The notes under the pieces were generated by a model, which worked only from the letters and a program-made list of their open reading frames with translations, made no database searches and was not told the DNA's origin. From IMG/VR virus record IMGVR_UViG_3300010353_000982: DNA of 20,000 nucleotides; one strand, 5' to 3'. Below, piece by piece: positions 16,810 through 20,000 of the stretch. This DNA comes from an uncultured virus (IMG/VR IMGVR_UViG_3300010353_000982). Lineage: Duplodnaviria > Heunggongvirae > Uroviricota > Caudoviricetes. The translations under genes and the position numbers were made by a program. How positions within the stretch are numbered: the stretch's first letter is position 1; every line of letters begins with the position of its first letter.

Positions 16810-16962
16810 AGCCGTTCCGAGTATGCGCTCGACGGCAGGAGTTGGTTATTTCTTAACAGGTTGTATTGACACTACCATACCATCCCAGAGGAGAAACTGA
16901 CCTCATTCTCCTCTTTTGCCCTGAAGCCGAAAAGGGTGCGTCCCTCTCGGCAGGTGTAAAAA

Positions 16963-17877
16963 ATGGCATTATTTAAAAACTTCAATTCGATGGAAAGCAT
17001 CGACTCAATCCGCTCGCGCACCGACTCTCTGGCAACAGCCAGCAAAGTAAAGGTAGCCGAGATTGTTGAGCAGCCCGACGGAACTATCAAGGGTTTCCGC
17101 CCGATAAAGAAGCGCTTCGGTATCAAGAACGAGCGCACGGGTGAGATTGCTGACTTTGCATCACCAGTTTACTCCGTCCTGCAGCATTCGGACGCCGTTA
17201 ACATGGTGCTCGGCTCCCTGCAGGAGCACGGTATTGAAGCCCGTGGTTTCATGAAGGAGTGGAACAACGGTGTTGCAGTCGAAGTTTTCCTCGATAATGT
17301 TCTCTTACCGACAGAGGGAAATGAGTTTGTCGCTCATTCTCTCCGTATACCTGATGGTAAGGACGGTATCCAGATGGGTATCCGCTTCGTGAATTCCTAT
17401 GACAAGTCCAGTGGCTTCCGTGGCTATGGCTTCGGATGGAGACTGGCCTGCTCGAATGGAATGTTCCTTCGGAGTGTGCTCCCAGAGATGCAGTTTTCCA
17501 TCAGGCACACGGGCCAAGTTGTCAGCAAAGTCAGTGATAAAATCTACGGTGCAGTGCGCCGCCTGGTTATGAACCGTGGTGCGCTTATCGCAGTGATTGT
17601 TGATGCCCAGAAGGAAAAAGTGTCCTTCAATACGGAGAAAGAGATGGTTCTTGCCCTCTCTGGATACGTTGGCTCCGAAAGGCGCGCCGAGGTAATTCTC
17701 GATAACCGCGCTGCTCACGACGTTGGCCTTGAAACAACTCGGTGGAATCTTTATAATCTCCTTACCGATTATGCAACTCACACGGAACTATCCGTGTCGA
17801 TGTATGACAGAATCCAGAATGGTGCGGAGAGGATTCTCACCAGCCCCGTTATTTTGCCAGAGGCGGTTTCAGCATGA
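16963..17877 (+). CDS. DUF932-family protein
   Basis: 304 aa. Y.VLQH, NSYDKS..F...G.WRLACSNGM, IRHTG and T.WNLYN.LT motifs of DUF932/DUF945 proteins; AGGTG RBS. Confidence 0.8.
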   Translation: MALFKNFNSMESIDSIRSRTDSLATASKVKVAEIVEQPDGTIKGFRPIKKRFGIKNERTGEIADFASPVYSVLQHSDAVNMVLGSLQEHGIEARGFMKEWNNGVAVEVFLDNVLLPTEGNEFVAHSLRIPDGKDGIQMGIRFVNSYDKSSGFRGYGFGWRLACSNGMFLRSVLPEMQFSIRHTGQVVSKVSDKIYGAVRRLVMNRGALIAVIVDAQKEKVSFNTEKEMVLALSGYVGSERRAEVILDNRAAHDVGLETTRWNLYNLLTDYATHTELSVSMYDRIQNGAERILTSPVILPEAVSA

Positions 17878-18074
17878 GTAAATCTCAATACGCCAAGTAT
17901 ATGTGCCGAGGGAGTATCGAAAAGGGGTTATGTGATACCCCTTGTTGTTACTTCCACAAGTTACGCGATGGATTCAAGGCAGAGTATTATACTCCGCCGA
18001 TAAAATGTATCTGTTACGATGGTCGAACGCCAGTTTTCGAGCGTGTAGACCGATATACTCCAAATGGGATTTAA
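17874..18074 (+). CDS. Cys-rich hypothetical protein
   Basis: 66 aa, ATGA overlap with the DUF932 gene. Confidence 0.55.
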   Translation: MSKSQYAKYMCRGSIEKGLCDTPCCYFHKLRDGFKAEYYTPPIKCICYDGRTPVFERVDRYTPNGI

Positions 18075-18132
18075 TCCCACATCTTTTTGAAAGTCGCACG
18101 GGTGCGTCCCGACGACCAAAAGGTGAAAACCT

Positions 18133-18522
18133 ATGAAAGTAAACAAAAAAGTAATGGCAGAACTGGTAAAAAATTTCCAGAGAAATCGTAATACTGTTAC
18201 GATGAGATATGACGACTTTATCACCGACATGAAGAATGCGAAAACAGTCGAAGAAGTTATGAGACTGAAGAAACTGTTTCTTCGTAAACTCGTCATGGAT
18301 ATTCCGTTATACTCTTCCGAGTGCTATTTCTGTATATATCACGACGAGAAATGTTCTAACTGTCTGTATGCAAAGAAGCATGGTGTGTGTGGTAAGACCC
18401 AAGAACACACGAGGCAGAAGGATAAACTTCCGACGTGGGATAAAATCAGGAATATTCGGAATCATCTCGAAGAGACTATCGACAAAGAATATTTTAGAGA
18501 AGGTGAGAATTATGGCGACTGA
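18133..18522 (+). CDS. Hypothetical protein with a Cys cluster
   Basis: AGGTGA RBS; CYFC...CSNC...C. Confidence 0.7.
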   Translation: MKVNKKVMAELVKNFQRNRNTVTMRYDDFITDMKNAKTVEEVMRLKKLFLRKLVMDIPLYSSECYFCIYHDEKCSNCLYAKKHGVCGKTQEHTRQKDKLPTWDKIRNIRNHLEETIDKEYFREGENYGD

Positions 18523-18847
18523 ACGCCGAGTAAAGCGTGTCTACAACTACAAGAGTGGTCTTGTCGTCATGGTTTTCGAGGATGGAAAAGATGCAATTCT
18601 TTTTGACCCTCCGAGACTGACTCTCTGGATGTTTGAGAAGGCCGATGATGCTTTCAAGTATGCTGTTTCAAACAAAATCCCAATGGGTGACTCTATACAT
18701 ATTACAGAACGATTACCCGTGCCTCCAGAATCGATTTCTAGGGGGGTAGGATTGCCAGCAGCAGAGGTTAGCAGCAAAACTGGGCGACAGTCCATAGCGA
18801 CCATGAACTTCATTCCAATCGAATCTACAGCCCTCATTTTGGACTAA
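18512..18847 (+). CDS. Hypothetical protein
   Basis: AGGTGA RBS before the ATG at 18512; 111 aa. Confidence 0.65.
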   Translation: MATERRVKRVYNYKSGLVVMVFEDGKDAILFDPPRLTLWMFEKADDAFKYAVSNKIPMGDSIHITERLPVPPESISRGVGLPAAEVSSKTGRQSIATMNFIPIESTALILD

Positions 18848-18869
18848 TACGACGGTGAATTAATGCGAG

Positions 18870-18908
18870 GTCGAGAAAGGAATAGCAGGTTCGACTCCTG
18901 CACTCGAC
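18870..18908 (+). ncRNA. tRNA-mimic element, class B
   Basis: Stem GTCGAG/CTCGAC, 9-nt linker, T-arm GCAGG-TTCGACT-CCTGC. Confidence 0.75.
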
Positions 18909-18951
18909 ATGGGCGAACACCCGATGGTTAGTAGCCCGAGAAGTGAAAGAA

Positions 18952-19416
18952 ATGGCAACAAAGAATCAGAACGATATGGTTTGCGTCCGTTGCGGATGCG
19001 AAATCAGTATAGTCGAAGAACCATCTCGCGGATATGTGCGTGGGACTACTTATTGTCCTATCTGCAAAGACCCAATGACACAGCGTCTGTATCTCAAAAA
19101 GATGATTACTGTGGATAATATCTGTGAGAAGTTCGGAATGCAGCAGACTTATTCCGTAAGGGCTTCGATAAGGGAAAAGATGTATGCTGCAGAGAAAATG
19201 TTCAGGAACGGTTACTGCAAGAAAGCAGGAAAGATTGGTGATACCGATGTGTATACCGTTATCTCCGAGGACAAGCAGAAGAGTTATGTCGTCACTGTGC
19301 GTGAGGGCTTCTACAATTGTAATTGTCCTGACCAGTTGTTCCGTCATCACGTCTGCAAGCACATCATTACCGTAATGTTCCACAGAGAACGGGAAGGGAT
19401 AAATCCCTTTAAGTAA
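18952..19416 (+). CDS. Zinc-ribbon + SWIM zinc-finger protein
   Basis: CVRC...CPIC at the N-terminus; Y.V......CNCPD......CKH (SWIM) at the C-terminus. Confidence 0.75.
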   Translation: MATKNQNDMVCVRCGCEISIVEEPSRGYVRGTTYCPICKDPMTQRLYLKKMITVDNICEKFGMQQTYSVRASIREKMYAAEKMFRNGYCKKAGKIGDTDVYTVISEDKQKSYVVTVREGFYNCNCPDQLFRHHVCKHIITVMFHREREGINPFK

Positions 19417-19418
19417 TC

Positions 19419-19688
19419 ATGACGAACAAGTCTTTGTGGATTGACCCAAAAGACTGCCGAACATGTCCAGATTGTTGTTGTGCTGGGTGCAGTCACTTTC
19501 GAGTTATCGACGGTATAAATACGTGTCTTATCTACGATACCCGAGATAAAATGGAAGACTGTGACTTTTCTTTTTGTATGAATGCTTCCCTCGAAAAAGA
19601 CGAGGGAGGTTTTCACTGCCCATTGAAGAGAAGCACGCCGCTAGAACATCCAGTTCAAGACAATAGGTCTAACTCTCCAGACCACTAA
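19419..19688 (+). CDS. Cys-rich hypothetical protein
   Basis: 89 aa with multiple CxxC-like motifs. Confidence 0.6.
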   Translation: MTNKSLWIDPKDCRTCPDCCCAGCSHFRVIDGINTCLIYDTRDKMEDCDFSFCMNASLEKDEGGFHCPLKRSTPLEHPVQDNRSNSPDH

Positions 19689-19799
19689 TTTTTTCCCGTA
19701 AAGTCTGACCAGTCGAGGGTGTTTGTGAAAAACGAGCATTACTTCGGCTGGCAGGAGCGGAGAAAAAAATGGCAAAGGCCGCATGGAGGAGTGATTGAA

Positions 19800-19961
19800 A
19801 TGGCAAAACCAATAGAATTTGAATTACATCTACATGGTGAAGATGCTCGGGCATTTCAGGAATATATGGATAGCCCTGCAGACAAATCCTCTCCAGAAGC
19901 ACGCGATATTATGAGGGAAGCGGTTGGACTTTCGAAACGTCTTGACCGTATTCTCTTATGA
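19800..19961 (+). CDS. Small protein resembling methanogen antitoxin-like proteins
   Basis: GGAGTGA RBS; MAKPIEFELHLHGEDARAFQEYMDSP. Confidence 0.5.
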   Translation: MAKPIEFELHLHGEDARAFQEYMDSPADKSSPEARDIMREAVGLSKRLDRILL

Positions 19962-20000
19962 AAATACCTTTTTCTGAGTTAAAATTTAAAATTCTTGATG

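Noticed and set aside
13895..18908. Bona fide tRNA genes at the GGTTCGA-containing sites
   Set aside because: Only 39-60 nt long, with no D-arm plus anticodon arm and no encoded CCA. They are reported as tRNA mimics instead.

Overview
This window looks like part of a head-tailed (Caudoviricetes, siphovirus-like) virus genome. The host is probably a methanogenic archaeon, inferred from GGTGA/GGAGG ribosome-binding sites, TTTATA-type promoters, and zinc-ribbon and TM2 genes. (1) 1-5048, minus strand: a morphogenesis operon with a prohead protease containing a nested scaffold start, a decoration protein, an encapsulin-like HK97 major capsid protein, head-tail joining proteins and the start of the tail tube. 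(2) 5200-8300: a PD-(D/E)xK nuclease, small membrane ORFs, a 12-bp tandem repeat and an HNH-type endonuclease. (3) ~8400-10000: a non-coding, CGACG-saturated tract around an AT-rich origin-like core. (4) ~10000-20000, plus strand: a putative early operon with a ~680-nt structured leader followed by about 30 small genes (GP88-like, DUF932, TM2, SWIM, an acidic DNA-mimic candidate). The main novel signal is that this operon is punctuated by at least eight minimal tRNA-mimic elements. Each has an acceptor-like stem stacked on a T-arm with co-varying stems, in the layout stop codon - tRNA mimic - GC hairpin - RBS - ATG, which suggests RNase P/RNase Z-type mRNA punctuation. The same block is almost free of GATC and AGCT sites, as expected for a first-entering, restriction-evading region. 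All family calls come from motif recognition by eye, not database searches, and all counts are hand counts.
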